Positions 1 to 15,199 of a stretch of DNA of 64,000 nt are shown piece after piece (positions within the stretch are counted from its first letter, which is position 1; each line of letters starts with the position of its first letter). The translations under genes were made by a program, and so were the position numbers. This DNA is from the human T2T-CHM13v2.0 reference genome, Homo sapiens. The notes under the pieces are model-generated. The model was not told the DNA's origin. It saw only the letters and a list, made by a program, of their open reading frames with translations, and did not search any database. The DNA lies in NCBI RefSeq assembly GCF_009914755.1, contig NC_060932.1. One strand, 5' to 3'.

Positions 1-1160
1 AATCTCAGTTGCAGACACACAACTGAGATTTTTAAATTATAGACACCGTACTAGTCTTTAAAAAATGGTGAAAAAAAAAAGAAAATGGAAAAATGCTACT
101 CTGGAATGGAACAGAGAAAAATGCCACAATTTTCAAGTGCATAGGCTTATACTGAACAGTGCCAATAGTCAACATGACAGAGGTCAAATTTGGTTGCAAT
201 TTCAACTAATGCCTTTGGAAACATTTAAGCACACATTGACGAAATTTGGTTAAAGGGTCCGAGAGCAAGTATTTGAGGTTTATTGAACAGTACTAGATGA
301 AAAAGTATGTGTATGTCTGAAACATCGAGATGAATGTAGCATTTGTCTTACTTGGGTGTTCGAGCTAACATGTTTTGCTTACCTGGCAACTTCAGTAAGG
401 AAGCTAAGCGTAGGGCTATGCGGAGCCCAAAATTTGGAACCACTTCATTCCCGTAGATGTAAATTGATTAGTAGGAGCAAGAGAGGATCAATGATACTAA
501 ATAAACTAAACCCTAGGGGGGACTAGTTCAGAAGTATGATGACTTGAGTACCGAGGAATAAAATGAAATACAAGTAACATATCACGCTGAAATCTCAGGT
601 TATGTTTGCTTTTCTTATGTAATAAAATAGAGTCTCTTAATAATAATTAGCTTTCAAATAGCATTCATGCACTGATAAGACTAATAAATAAAACTAGAAA
701 AATATCTCCTCTAGACTTTCACCAGGAGCACTGATAAATTGTTACATCGTTTATCAGACAATCATGTGTCTCATTTGTAGATATCTTATTTCTCTGAGAC
801 TGCCTGAAATGGGCAGAGTAAAGCAGTTTGTTGATAATTATCAAATAGTATCTTTCTCTCTAGAAAGTTGAAATAATTGAAAGAGAATTAATATCAGCAT
901 ATTATCTTTACCCTTAATATTTCTTCTTCAGGGGATGAGGTATTCTTACTGTTTATTAAAATCTCCCAATGCTTTTCTTTCAGGAGGACTTCATTTCATT
1001 GAAAGAACCAGGCAGGTAGGTCAGTGTTCCGACTGACGTTTACAAATGATAGTTTTCATTTATAAGATAAACATCCCCATCAATTTTGAGGTCTCGATCT
1101 AATTATTTCATCATAGTTTTTGAAATATGGAACTTATTTACATTTAAACTTCTCCTCCTC

Positions 1161-1398
1161 TGATCATGGTTGACTGCAGCCTCAACCTCCCTGGGCTCAA
1201 GTGATCCTCCCACCTCAGCCTCCCAAGTAGCTGGGACCACAGGCAGGTGCCACCACACTCGACTAATTTTTGTAGTTTTTGTAGAGATGGGGTTTCACCA
1301 CATTGCCAGGCTGGTCTTCAACTCCTGGGCTCAAGGGATCATCCTACCTCGGCCTCCCAAAGTTCTGGGATTACAGGTATGAGCCGCTGTGCCCGGAC
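1161..1398 (-). mobile_element. AluJ-type SINE lacking its 3' end and tail
   Basis: Reverse-complement Alu text (ctgggctcaagtgatcctcccacctcagcc...gagccgctgtgcccggac) with J-type features; no poly(T) at the left end. Confidence 0.9.
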
Positions 1399-1449
1399 TG
1401 AAGATATTTAACAATGTTATGTTGACTCAGAATTGTTTAAAGTCAGAGT

Positions 1450-1755
1450 TAATGAGATAATTTACATATATAAGTATAAAGTATATTGTATAACATACAT
1501 AACATAGATTATAACATGTAACATACATTCATACAATAACCCTTTTTAATGTACAGTGCTGTGAGTTATAGCAAATACACAGTCATGTAGCCACGAAAAC
1601 AGTGAAGATACAGGATGTTCCCATCATCACAAAATGTGCCCCGGGGACACTTTGTAGTAAACCAATCCCTTGATCTGAAGCCCCTGGCTAATGCTGATTT
1701 ATTTTCTCTAACTATGGTTTTGCCTTTCCCCAAATATCACATAAATGGAATCAGA
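1450..1755 (-). mobile_element. Old L1M (L1MB/MC/ME-like) 3' end fragment
   Basis: Motifs typical of antisense L1M 3' ends: gagataatttacata, ttcccatcatcacaaaa, ttttgcctttcc...cataaatggaatc. Confidence 0.7.
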
Positions 1756-2300
1756 ATTTTCCTTCACTACCCTTAGTTTTGGCTTTTCTGTGTATGTACA
1801 TGTCAGACTGGCTCTCCCTCTATGTCTTTCTTGCCCCTTCTCATGGGTACCCTATCTTGCTGCTTACTTGATGCTTGCTGGCCTGTTAGAAAGCAAGGAG
1901 TTTTCTACTGTCCTGTCTTAGGAAGACCCCCAATCCTTGGCATCTCATTATCAGGGTTTTCTTAGTTAATCTGCCCTCAATGAATCTCAGGAAATCTGTT
2001 CTCAATGGTAGCTACAATATGCCTTGCTTATTTGTTGGACTTTGTATGGGACAGAAATTCCTGGCCCATCTACAGTGATTGGAGACCACAACACAGTTTT
2101 CTGTTTTGTGTCCAGGAGTAACTATTTTGTTTCTTTTTTACTTCCCCCAGCTGCAATGGGCCTTCATCTGTGCAACAGGGCTTATGGTCCCTCTAGTCGT
2201 TAGAGAAGAATCACAGGTCACCTTTCCCACAGGAGTCCCTGCTGTCCTCCTCCAGGCTTACACCATGAGAGGGTGACTCTGATCTCACAGGCTGTCCTAA

Positions 2301-2583
<283 letters not shown>

Positions 2584-3480
2584 TACACTTTCTTACACCC
2601 ACTCGGAGTTCGTCTGTGGAGAGCAGCCCCTGAGTGAGTGAACGTCGTTTTGTGTGTATCTCTCAAGAGGTTCTAACTTCTCATGCCATTCCTCTAAACA
2701 CTGCTTCTTTAGCAACCCATCGAACATTGTTAACGAATTCTTCTTATGTGGTTACAGTACCTGGCTTCCCTTCCTTCTGTGTTCTTCTCAGGTGAACCAA
2801 TGCGCATGCGTCATCCCCTTAGTGGGTCCTGCTTTTCCATAGAGTTTACACTACTCGTTTGCCTTGAAACTGTAGCCCTCTGAGGGGCTCCAGAAAAGTT
2901 AAAATATTTTTAGTTCTTCAGCTGTCTTGTGTTATTGGAGTAGGAAATATTTATTTCCAGCTTTCTGCCTTCTGAAGAAGAATTCTGCCCTGCAACCCTG
3001 CAATATTTCAACCCTACAATATTTATTAGTATCTACATTACAACTCTAGAAATAGTAATCATTCCTTCCATCTACCTAAAATAATTAGTTCTAATATTAA
3101 AAGATTCTACCAATGGATATAGTGCTGGATTCAATAACTTTTTATCTTTTTTTTCCTACTAAGAGATTGTATAATTTGACTTTGATTCTTGTTGACATTT
3201 TTGTTAATAATATGTAATCTACATTTTTCATTCAGAAATTTGTTTCTTGCATGAAAAAGTAAAGTGATTCCATCATCGCTTTTCTCTGTGAATTAAAAAA
3301 ACACTACATTTTAAGTGATCTTCCATAGTCAGTGGCTATTTAAAATAATGACTTCATTTGCCTCTAGGAGATTTGTGATTAGCATTTTTACTTTGAAATC
3401 TTAGACTCAGTAGAAATGTTAGTAATAAGTTCAGTCGTTGGTTCTATTTTATTTTTTTTTATAGGTACCATTTTTGAAAC

Positions 3481-3687
3481 TTGCACTAATACAACAGCCG
3501 GTTGCCACATGTAGCGCTTAACTCTAGTTTATGTTGATTAAAATTAAGAAAAAGTAAACATTTAATTCTTCAGTTGCAGTAACCATATTTCAAATTGCTG
3601 GACAGATGAATGTGGCAAGTAGCCACTGTACTGGTCAACATAGATTTAGAATATTTCCAACATTCCAGAATTTTTTATTAGTGCTGC
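3481..3687 (-). mobile_element. MER3-like hAT-Charlie MITE
   Basis: About 205 bp with gccacatgt...atgtggcaagtagccactgtactgg and terminal atttccaacattccagaa...attagtgctg, matching recalled MER3/MER33. Confidence 0.7.
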
Positions 3688-3841
3688 TCTAAACTATGTA
3701 ATGCATATTCTAGTTTGTTCTCCTGGTTTCCATTTTCAGCTTTGACAAGTACTAAATTTTGATGTATATATTTCAGCCAGGTATTATGATAAATATCTAA
3801 ATAAAAAATAAATGTTTAAAAATTATAATAAAACAAATGGT

Positions 3842-4142
3842 GGCCTGGTGCGGTGGCTCACACTTGTAATCCCAAGACTCTGGGAGGCCGAGGTATGGGG
3901 ATCACCTGAGGTCAGGAGTTCAAGACCAGTCTGGCCAACATGACGAAACTCCATCTCTGCTAAAAATGCAAAAATTAGCCTGGCATGGTGGCGCATGTCT
4001 GTAGTTGCAGCTATCGGGAGGCTGAGGCAGGAGGATCACTTGAATCCAAGAAGTGAAGGTTGTAGTGAGCTGAGATCACACCACTGCACTCCAGCTTGGG
4101 CGAGAGAGCAAGACTCCGTCTTAAAAAAAAAAATAAAAAAAA
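3842..4142 (+). mobile_element. AluS (Sx/Sz-like)
   Basis: Full dimer with gatcacctgaggtcaggagttcaagacc and an A tail. Confidence 0.93.
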
Positions 4143-4204
4143 TTTAAAACCCAAGAAATATATTATTTCGTAGTTCTTATGCATTTGTGAATGTATTATT
4201 TGAT

Positions 4205-4345
4205 TCTAGCAGTGTAGGAAAGGCAGGGCTCATAATACTAATTCTACAGACGAAGAAGTGAGACATAAAAAGATAAAGTGATGTGTCCAATTCACATAAC
4301 CACAAGTGGTATAACCTAAATTGAGGCACAGCTCTCTGATGTTAA
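4205..4345 (-). mobile_element. MIR fragment
   Basis: Degenerate MIR core: attctacagacgaagaagtgagacat...aagtgatgtgtccaattcacat. Confidence 0.6.
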
Positions 4346-5671
4346 TTCAGTTTCTTTCTATTCTATTAAGTCCTGGTAAGTTGGATCCAATTAACTGAGT
4401 TCATTGCCAACTGTCAAGCACACTTTGACTATTACATATTATTTTTCTTTTGTGTCTTTTATACCTCGTATTTCATTTATACCTGGAGTGCGTTTGTAAT
4501 TTTCACAACCTGTTAAAATCTTTTCCTCTTTGAGAGTCCAGTTAAAAATGTCACCTTCACTCATTTTATATTCGTTTTTAGCTCTATCTCTAACCTTTAG
4601 GGAATGTATAATGAGTTGCTTTTTAGTAACTTAGCAACATGTGAATATATCGTATTTTTTCCACTAATTTATAAATCTATTACAGAGAGGGGCAAAGTTA
4701 TATTCAGTTTTATATCCCTAGAGTATCTCTGATAGTGTTTGGTACTGAATCTACATTAGTTGCAGCAAATAAATGGATACAAAAGGACATTTTAAAGCAG
4801 CCCAGGAAACTCTCAGTAAATTTGCAGAGACTGCTTTAGTTTGAACAGAACATTTTAAATGAAGACACGGATCTCCTTATTTGATTACTTTAGTTGTAAT
4901 GCAGGCAAGTTTATGTCCATTTCCAGTACTTACTGGGAGGAAAATGACAGATGTGAGTTGTAAGCAGAAGAGGAGATGGAGCCACTGCTCATTCTAGATT
5001 TCCTAAGAATCATATCCTTATTCATTTAATCTTTGGAAAAAAAGCTATTCTCTCCCCCTATAGACAGCAACTAGGATCTCTGTTTCTCCAGTACAAGAGT
5101 AGTAGTTTTCTATTTTAAACTTTGCTCTTGGAAAGTGTCTCACCATGAAATGGCCTTCATTTTCATCTCATACATTTTATTTCTTATAATTTGCCAGAAT
5201 GAATGACACATATTTTCTCTTCTGATTTTTTTAAATGTTGAGTCATCAAAGACAATTGAGCTCTCATAGAGATAAATGGAAATGAACTGTCTATATGTAA
5301 AGAAGCAAGTTGACAGAAAGGAATTAAATGAAGTAAATATTTCTTACGTAAGTGGTACCTATTCAGCACATAGGGCTTTGAATAATTTGCAGAGTCATGC
5401 AGACTCACTTTGGAATGCAGAAAGTTTCTAAAATAATTTAAATATGTCCAGTTGACAGTTTCTTGAACACTTTGAGTAAAAGCATGTCACAACTAAGAAA
5501 AGTAATAGAAAGAACTCAAGTATTTTAAAAGAAACAGGCTAGTCTTATGAAACAACACAAATTCATATTAAAAAGATCAATTTAATTTAAAAAGTGTGGA
5601 GGATAGTGGTTAAAAAGCATTTGAAAGATTTTGAAAGCATCCAGGTTCAATTGCAGAATGAATGGTGTATA

Positions 5672-7410
<1,739 letters not shown>

Positions 7411-7989
7411 AACGTAGATAATAAGTCATATAAATAAATTCTAAGACAAATATGTTATTTTGAGATGAGATGAGATGAGAAGAAAGAATATGTAGAAAAG
7501 GAATAATTAGAACTCTATCTTGAGGAATGTTTGATATCACTTTTACCTGTCAGGGACCTGATACTATTAACTGTTACTTTATTCTTTGTCTTTTTTTTTT
7601 TAAACATTTACTTGGTTATTTGAAGTGGCACTTATGCATTCTGAATCCTTGTACAGGTTAAAAATTAAGAACAAAACAGATATTTATTCAGTCAACTTGT
7701 TTATCCACTTACCGCTCTATCTCTAAAAAAGAAAAGGTATTGATTAACTACCCTACTTGTCCATTTCTTCATATCTATTTCTGTACTAGATGGCTCTAAT
7801 TACAATGATTTGGCTTATTGTTTAACAAATTCTGTTCTATTTTGTTAAAGAAAAACTGTAAGAAAACTCTCACTACATTTTTCTTGACTTCCATGTCTTA
7901 ATTCGATGAGTAGTTTTCAAACTAAATTACTTTATCTCTAAGGAAAATATGACAAAAATTATTTTTCTTTTTTGAAATAACGAGTTCCA

Positions 7990-8930
7990 CTTACATTTCA
8001 CCATATACTTCTGCTTTCTTCCTGTTTGTCTGGCTACTCTAATGAATCTCTGCTTATTCTTGCTTATTTCCCTAACTGTTCAGCATGGAAATTTCCATTC
8101 TCCTCTTACTCAATATTTCCCCCATAAGTGATCTCATTTATTACCATGTTTCGAATTTCTCTGTACCAATTATTCCCAGATTTTTATTTGCCATGTAGAT
8201 TTCTTCTTTGATATGTGGACATGTATCTTAAACTACATTTTTTAATATTTCTTCTGGGCTGTCACAAGTGCACCTCAAATTTAACTTTTAAAAATATCAT
8301 TTTATAATTTATCTGTAGTAAGCATATTCTTCCAGGTTCTGATGAGTGGAACCACGATCCATTTTGTGGCATTGTTAGGGATCATAGGATCCTTCTTTTG
8401 ATATTTCTCCCCAGCTCATTCATAATCATCAATCACTAAGACATGAAGATTTCTCTTCCAAATATTAAAAGATTTTTCATTTCTATTTCTTCTATCCCTC
8501 TTAGTAGGTCTGCAGACTACTAACATCTTTTACCCAGAACTTTGAAAAGTCCCGTAACTCGTCTCCTCTACAACTGCTGCTCCCTATCTGAAGTCTGTTT
8601 GCTATACTTAATAAAATGCAAATCTGATTTCACAGTTTCACTGTGTTAAATTCCTTCTTGCCTTAATTCTCATTGCTTTTAGGAAAAGACCAAGGCTACG
8701 CATAATCTGACACAACTCTTCCCATTCGTCTATGATTTTCAGCCATTACAATTTTTTTTAGTTTCTTCTTCTTCTTCTTCATCATGCCTATTCCTACTAT
8801 AGGATTTTCCTAGAGCTTTCTTTCTGCCTTTCTCCCTCTCTTTTTCTATTTGACTTCGATTCGCTCAGACTTCAAATCTCAATGAGATCTCATGGTACTT
8901 TCTATTCGTGTATAACACTTAACAGAGTTC
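7990..8930 (+). mobile_element. L2 LINE fragment
   Basis: Pyrimidine-rich with L2 motifs (gtgatctcattt; cacctcaaatttaac; aaaatgcaaatctgat); probably resumes near 9290-9430. Confidence 0.6.
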
Positions 8931-8943
8931 ATAAATACAAATA

Positions 8944-9282
8944 CAGTCAGGCCTTCAAATCTGTAGTTTCTGCATTGGCAATTAAACCATCCGTGAATTA
9001 AAAATATTCAGAAAACAACAACAACAAAAAATACAGCAATAAAAATAATTCAGATAAAGTGGTATTGTGTAACACTTAATTACACAGTATTTAAATTGTA
9101 TTAGGCATTTTAAGTCATCTAGAGATGGCTTCAACTACATGGGAAGAATATGCGTAGGTTATATGCAAATGCTATATATGCCGTTTATGTAAGGAATTTG
9201 AACATCTGAAGATTTTGATATCCACTGTCAGGAATTGTAGAACTAATCCCCAGTGATACCAAAGAATACCAAAGAATGACTG
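8944..9282 (-). mobile_element. MER2 (TcMar-Tigger) non-autonomous DNA transposon
   Basis: cagtc...gactg termini flanked by TA on both sides; internal gtaggttatatgcaaat and gattttgatatcc; 10-bp tandem duplication ataccaaaga near the right end. Confidence 0.8.
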
Positions 9283-10131
9283 TACTTATAATTATGTTCT
9301 TTTTTTGCTAGGAAACTCTACAGGGCAACTATTCTGTTTATTTTATTTTCGTCTGTTTTTTTTTTTTTTTTTTTTTTTTTAGCATCTTGGACTAGACCTA
9401 GATAATTTTCAATAAATATTTATCTGTATATATGAAAAAATATGTGTTATATGGAAAGAGATTAAAATGAACTACATGTCAAAAGAGAATGATATGGAGG
9501 TGGGAAATCAGAAATTCCCTCCATGGGTTCTGATTTCTCAGCTTTTAAATGCGAGGATTCTTCCTGCTATAATATTATGTGCTTTCTGATCAACCATATT
9601 TGCTGAATCTTGAAAGCATATATTATTTAGGGGGGTATAATTTACCTCAAAAAATGCTCATATATAAATGGACTGAATGTGCTATATTGCAATAGCAAAA
9701 CTCAGAATAATATAGGATTCTTAACCTAAGTAGATATGTCTTCCGATTTAAAAAATGTATAAAAATAAATATTTAGGGTACTGAATTTTATTTTTTAACT
9801 TGAATAAACATATTTTTAATATTAAAGCTCTTAAAGCATATATCACCTTTAAAACAAAATTATCTTAAAAAAATGAATCCATGTATATGAATTTGTCATT
9901 TATTTACATTTGATATGCAGCCCTGGTTACTGCTTATTATCTTTCCATTTTTTTAAGTGAATATGAATATGCATATTAACATATAATTACAATTGTACTA
10001 ACAATACTTTATATAATATAAAACAAATATATTAAGCTGTCCGCCTCCTAAAACTACTTTTGAAATACAGACAAAAATACAGCTTTAATTCTTGGTTAAC
10101 AAAATAATTGCCTTTTCACCTGCCAAAATAC

Positions 10132-10272
10132 CTTGTGGCACCAACAACACAGCACAGACTATCCGGACAGGTAGTATCTGTTAAATCCAGGTTAGTTTTC
10201 AACAACTACTTAGTGGAGGTTTATGTGGTCTAGCTGAACCTATTATGCCTGGCAGGTTCTAATATCAAGAAC
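10132..10272 (-). other. Candidate non-coding exon (141 nt)
   Basis: Minus-strand acceptor tgttattttctactttcag|GTT and donor AAG|gtattt (alternative CAG|gtgaaa at 10120); stops in all frames. Confidence 0.3.
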
Positions 10273-10539
10273 CTGAAAGTAGAAAATAACAGCAACACAG
10301 AACAATTTGTTCTGGCCATAAATTGTTTCTTATCTCTTGTGTTAGTCCATTTTGCTGTTGCTGTAACAGAATACCTAAGATTGTGTAATATATACAGAAA
10401 AGAATTTATTTGGCTGATGATTCTGGAGTCTGGGATGACCAACGTCATGGTGATGGTGTCTGGCAAGGACCTTGTGTTGCTTCACAGCATCACAGAAAAC
10501 TGGAAGGGGAAGCAAGCACATGTGAAAAGGAAGGGAAGG

Positions 10540-10918
<379 letters not shown>

Positions 10919-12786
10919 TCACAACAATGAGCCCAGTCTCACAAGAAATAAATTAATCCATCTTCCTGACCTAGTTACTTCTTAAAGGCCTCACCCTACA
11001 ACACCTTTACAGTGGCAATTAAATTTCAACAAGAGTTGTGGTGGGGACAAACCCTAGTATTTTACCCCTGGTCACCTAAAACTCATGTCCTTCTCACATG
11101 CAAAATACAATCACTCTATCCCATTAGTTCCAAAGGGCTTAACGCATTCTAGCACCAACTCAGAAGTGCAAAGTCCACAGTTTCATCCGCGAAATAAGGC
11201 AAACTCCTTCCGGCTGTGAGCCTGTAAAATTAAAAACAAGTTATCTACTTCCAAAACACAATGACAGAACAGGCATAGGATGAATACTCTCATTCCAAAA
11301 CAGAGAGATAGGCAGAAAGAAAGGAGTAACTGGCTCAAAGCAAATTTAAAAGTCAGCAGTGCAAACATTTAATCTTAAAATCTCAGAGTAATCTTTCATT
11401 CTGTGTACCACCTCATGGACACACTGGGGTGAAGGTTGGGCCCCCAAGGCCTTGGGAAGCCCTGCTCCCATGGCTTTGCTGGGCTCAGTCTAAATGGCTG
11501 TTCTCAGAGGTTGCAGTTGCACACTGGTGCCTCCAGTTTTTCCAGGCTTGTGTTGCACACTGCCAATGACTGTACAGTTCTGAATCCTGAGGGTGGCAGC
11601 CTCGCCCCCATAACTCCACTGGGCATTCTAGTGGAGACTCTCTTTGGAGGCCCCATGCCTGCAGTGTGTTTCTGCCTGGGCCCACAGGCCTTCTGCAACA
11701 TCCTTTGAAATCTACGTGTAGGAAACCATGTCTGCATAGCTCTTGCAATCTGTGTGTCTGCACCCTGTGAACACCAACAAAGCTTGCTGCTTGCACCTTC
11801 CAGAGATGCAGCACAAGCTCTATCTGGGCCTATTAAAAGCCATGATGTGGGTGGTGCTGCCGAGGTTTACAGCTTGTAAGCTTTGGAAAGGCACCTAGAA
11901 GAACTTGACCCAAAGTTGTAACAGTTGAAGAGTGTTGTGCTGGAATGCATGGAGCTGAGTATTGAGGAAGCCCTGGTCAGTGAGGCTGTGGAGGGCACCC
12001 TGGGCCTGTCACACAAAATTATTTTTTTTTCTCCTTGGTCTCTAGGCCTGTGATGGGAGCAGCAACTTAGAAGATGTCTGAAATACATTTGGGGTCTTTT
12101 TCCCACTGTCTTGATCAATTGCCTCTGGTTCCCTTATATCAGTATGATTCTCTTTAGTAACTGGTGTCTTGGATACACCCTTGTTTTATTCTTCTCAACA
12201 TGCTTTTTTGTTCTTAACATGGACAGGCTGCAAATTTTTCACATCTTTATTCTTTGCTTCTCTTTTCTGTCACATTTCACTGTACACAGTTGAAAGTAAC
12301 CATGCAGCTCCTCCTATATTTTGCTTAGAAGTTTCTTCCACAAAAATAGCCTAGTTCATCACTCTGAAGTTCCACCTTCCACAAAGCCCTGGGGCGTGGA
12401 CCCAATGGAACCAAGTTCCTTGCAACTGTGTAACAAGGATGGCCTTTACTCTAGTTCTCATTAAGACGTTTCTCATTTCCCTCTGAGACCTCATTAGAAT
12501 GTCCTTTACTGTCCACAATACTGTCAGCATTCTGGTCATGACCACTTAAGCAGTCTCTGAGAATAGTCACTTTCCCTAATCTTCTTGTCTTCTAAGCCCT
12601 CACAAGAATGACCCCTACCATTCCATTTATGGCATTCTAGGCTTTTTCTAGCCTTTATCTCCAAGCTCTTGTAACCTCTACCCATTACCTAGTTCCGAAG
12701 CCACTTTCACATTTTAAGGTATTACTAGAGAGGCAACCACACTTCTAGGTACAAATTTTCTCTCTTAGTTTATTTTCTGTTGCTAC

Positions 12787-13263
12787 TCTAAACCAAAAAG
12801 TGGCTGAGGCAGATCTCAATCAATGTGGAGGTTTATTTTGCCAAGGTTGAGGACATGCCTGGGGAAAAAAACTACACAAGTTGCAGTAAGATCTGTGTCT
12901 TGTGCTATTATTCCAAAGAGAGAACTTATTTAAAAGGGGCAGAGCAAGTGAGAGGGTAAGAAAAAAGGAAAAAACAAAAAGGAGGGAGAGTAAGCAATGG
13001 GGCAAGTGGTTACATTCTTGTGAGGCTCTGATGAGTACTCAGTAAATCTACAGTTTACATCTAAAAAGGTGTGTGGAAGTACTGAATTATGCATTGGATT
13101 GGAGCTCAGTAAATCTACATTTTTACATACAATAAAGTAAGCATATGAAATTACAGCTATCTGGGAACAAAAGGAAGGCAGTTTTTGCTTGACTCGTTTC
13201 CAAGTTTAACTTTTCCCTTGGGCACAGTGAGTCTGTGGTCCCAAGATTGTATTTTGCTTTTAT
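12787..13263 (-). mobile_element. MER4-group (ERV1) solo LTR nested in the MaLR LTR
   Basis: taaaccaaaaagt..ctgag..agatctcaatcaat...tttattttgccaaggtt and gtcccaagattgtattttgcttt are reverse complements of MER4-type ends; near TSD ctac/ctat. Confidence 0.75.
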
Positions 13264-13813
13264 ACTATAATGAAATACCTGTGACTGGAAAAGTTGTAAA
13301 GAAAAAAAGGTTTATTTAGCTTATGGTACTGGAGGCTGGGATGTTCAAGGTCAGGTAGCTGCCTCTGGTTGGCTTCTGGTGAAGTTCTCATGCTGTGTCA
13401 TAAATGGCATACATATGGAAAGAGAAATGGGTGTGTGCAGAGAAAGAAAGGAAGGAGACATAGGAGGCTGACCTGTTTTACAACAACTCACTTTCTGAAG
13501 ATAAATCTGTTCCTGTGAGAACTAAACCAGTATTGTGAGACCTCATCCAGTCTCCTGAGAAAGGCATTCATTCATTTTTAAGGACCCCAAATCACCTATT
13601 ATAGGCCCTACCTCCCAACACTGTTACACTGGCCATTAAGTTTTAACATGAGTTTTGGTTGGCACAAACCATTTCTAAACCATAGCACCTATAGCCTGTT
13701 ACGCATGAAACATTTCTTAAAATGACTTTATGGTGTGTTTCTATAAACTAGGACAGATGAAATTGCTATACACAATTTTGGTTTAGAGACAGCAAGATAA
13801 TGTGTAAAACTTC

Positions 13814-14199
13814 TTTCACTCATGTCCGTGTGAAGAGATCACCAAACAGGCTTTGGGTGACAATAAAGCTTTTTAATCACCTGGGTACAGGTGGGCTGAG
13901 TCAGAAAAGAGAGTCAGCAAAGGGAGATAGGGGTGGAGCCGTTTAATAGGATTTGGGTAGGTAGTAGAAAATTACAGTCAATGGGGGTTGTTCTCTGGCC
14001 GGCAGGGGTGGGGGACACAAGATGCTCAGTTGGGGAGGTTTTGAGCCAGGATGAGCCAGAAGGAATTTCACAAGGAAATGTCATCAGTTAAGGCAGGAAC
14101 AGGCCATTTTCACCTCTTCTGTGATCCTTCAGTTAGGCCATCTGGATGTATACATGTGGGTCACAGGGAATATGATGGCTTGGGCTCAGAGGCCTGACA
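13814..14199 (-). mobile_element. LTR7-family (HERV-H) solo LTR
   Basis: Reverse complement begins tgtcaggcctctgagcccaagccatcatat and ends gcctgtttggtgatctcttcacacggacatgagtgaaa; perfect 5-bp TSD acttc (13809-13813, 14200-14204). Confidence 0.93.
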
Positions 14200-15199
14200 A
14201 CTTCAAGTCAAGGATTCTCGAACTAGAAGTAGACTACCACCACAACAGCCTCCCCAAACAAATAAAACTTCCTTGACAAGAGCCTGATGTTAAAAGTCAT
14301 AGACTAAGGCACATGTTTTAGCTTCCTTGCAGACTTGCTGTTTCACCACAGCCACCTTTCTATTGTACTTAAAATCATCTTCTATTGAAGTTGAGAATTA
14401 ATACCATTTCTCTCTTTGTAAAAAGATAAATGAAATAAATGTGCTGCAATGTTTTTTCTAAGAAGGTGGTTTTGGAATGCATAATACAAATATCTATTGT
14501 GCTAGAGAAAAGCTTTTTGTGATTTGTTTTTTTAGGAATTAAGAAGTTACTGAAGTTTCTTAAGCCTTGTAGTGGTATTTCTTTCATTTGGAATTAATGA
14601 ATCTCGGTGTAAGACTTTGGCTGAGCTAGAAAGGTATAATCTCTGGAAGATGAGCAAGTGTATTATTAACTCAAGGTAGTTATTAGCTATCAAAGGAAGG
14701 CTAAGATACGAAATGCTTCATAATACAATGAAAGATGAAAATATACTTCTAAAGATACTATAACAGGATGAAGGGCTGTTAACATTTGTAAGAAAAAAGA
14801 TTCTGACAACTCAATACTCTATTTAACTTACGACTATGGCAACATATGTTTCTATCACTCAGTTTATAAGTACCATTTTCTCTTATATCAGAATATGTAT
14901 TACATTTGGGAGATTTCTTTTTTTTTACTTAGAACTGGCCATGTTGTTCAACAATTTGAAAATGTCTCTATTAAAAGCTTCAGGACACATTTTTATTTTA
15001 AAAATAAGAATTTTTCCCACTATATAATTTCTATAAAGCAAGTCTACGTAGTGGAACCTCATTTACTTCTGAAGTTTTCAGCAAAAAGCAAAGAAAGCAA
15101 GTGATTTAAACCATTACAGCAGTAGATTTAAAACACTGCATGTATACTGTGAGGCCACAAGATTTGGATTAGGAGTATTTTTTATTGGTGCTTGCCACT

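Noticed and set aside
932-939. 8-nt microexon cag|GGGATGAG|gtattc
   Set aside because: Weak donor, not frame-preserving, and only 44 nt from the next acceptor, too short for both to be used.
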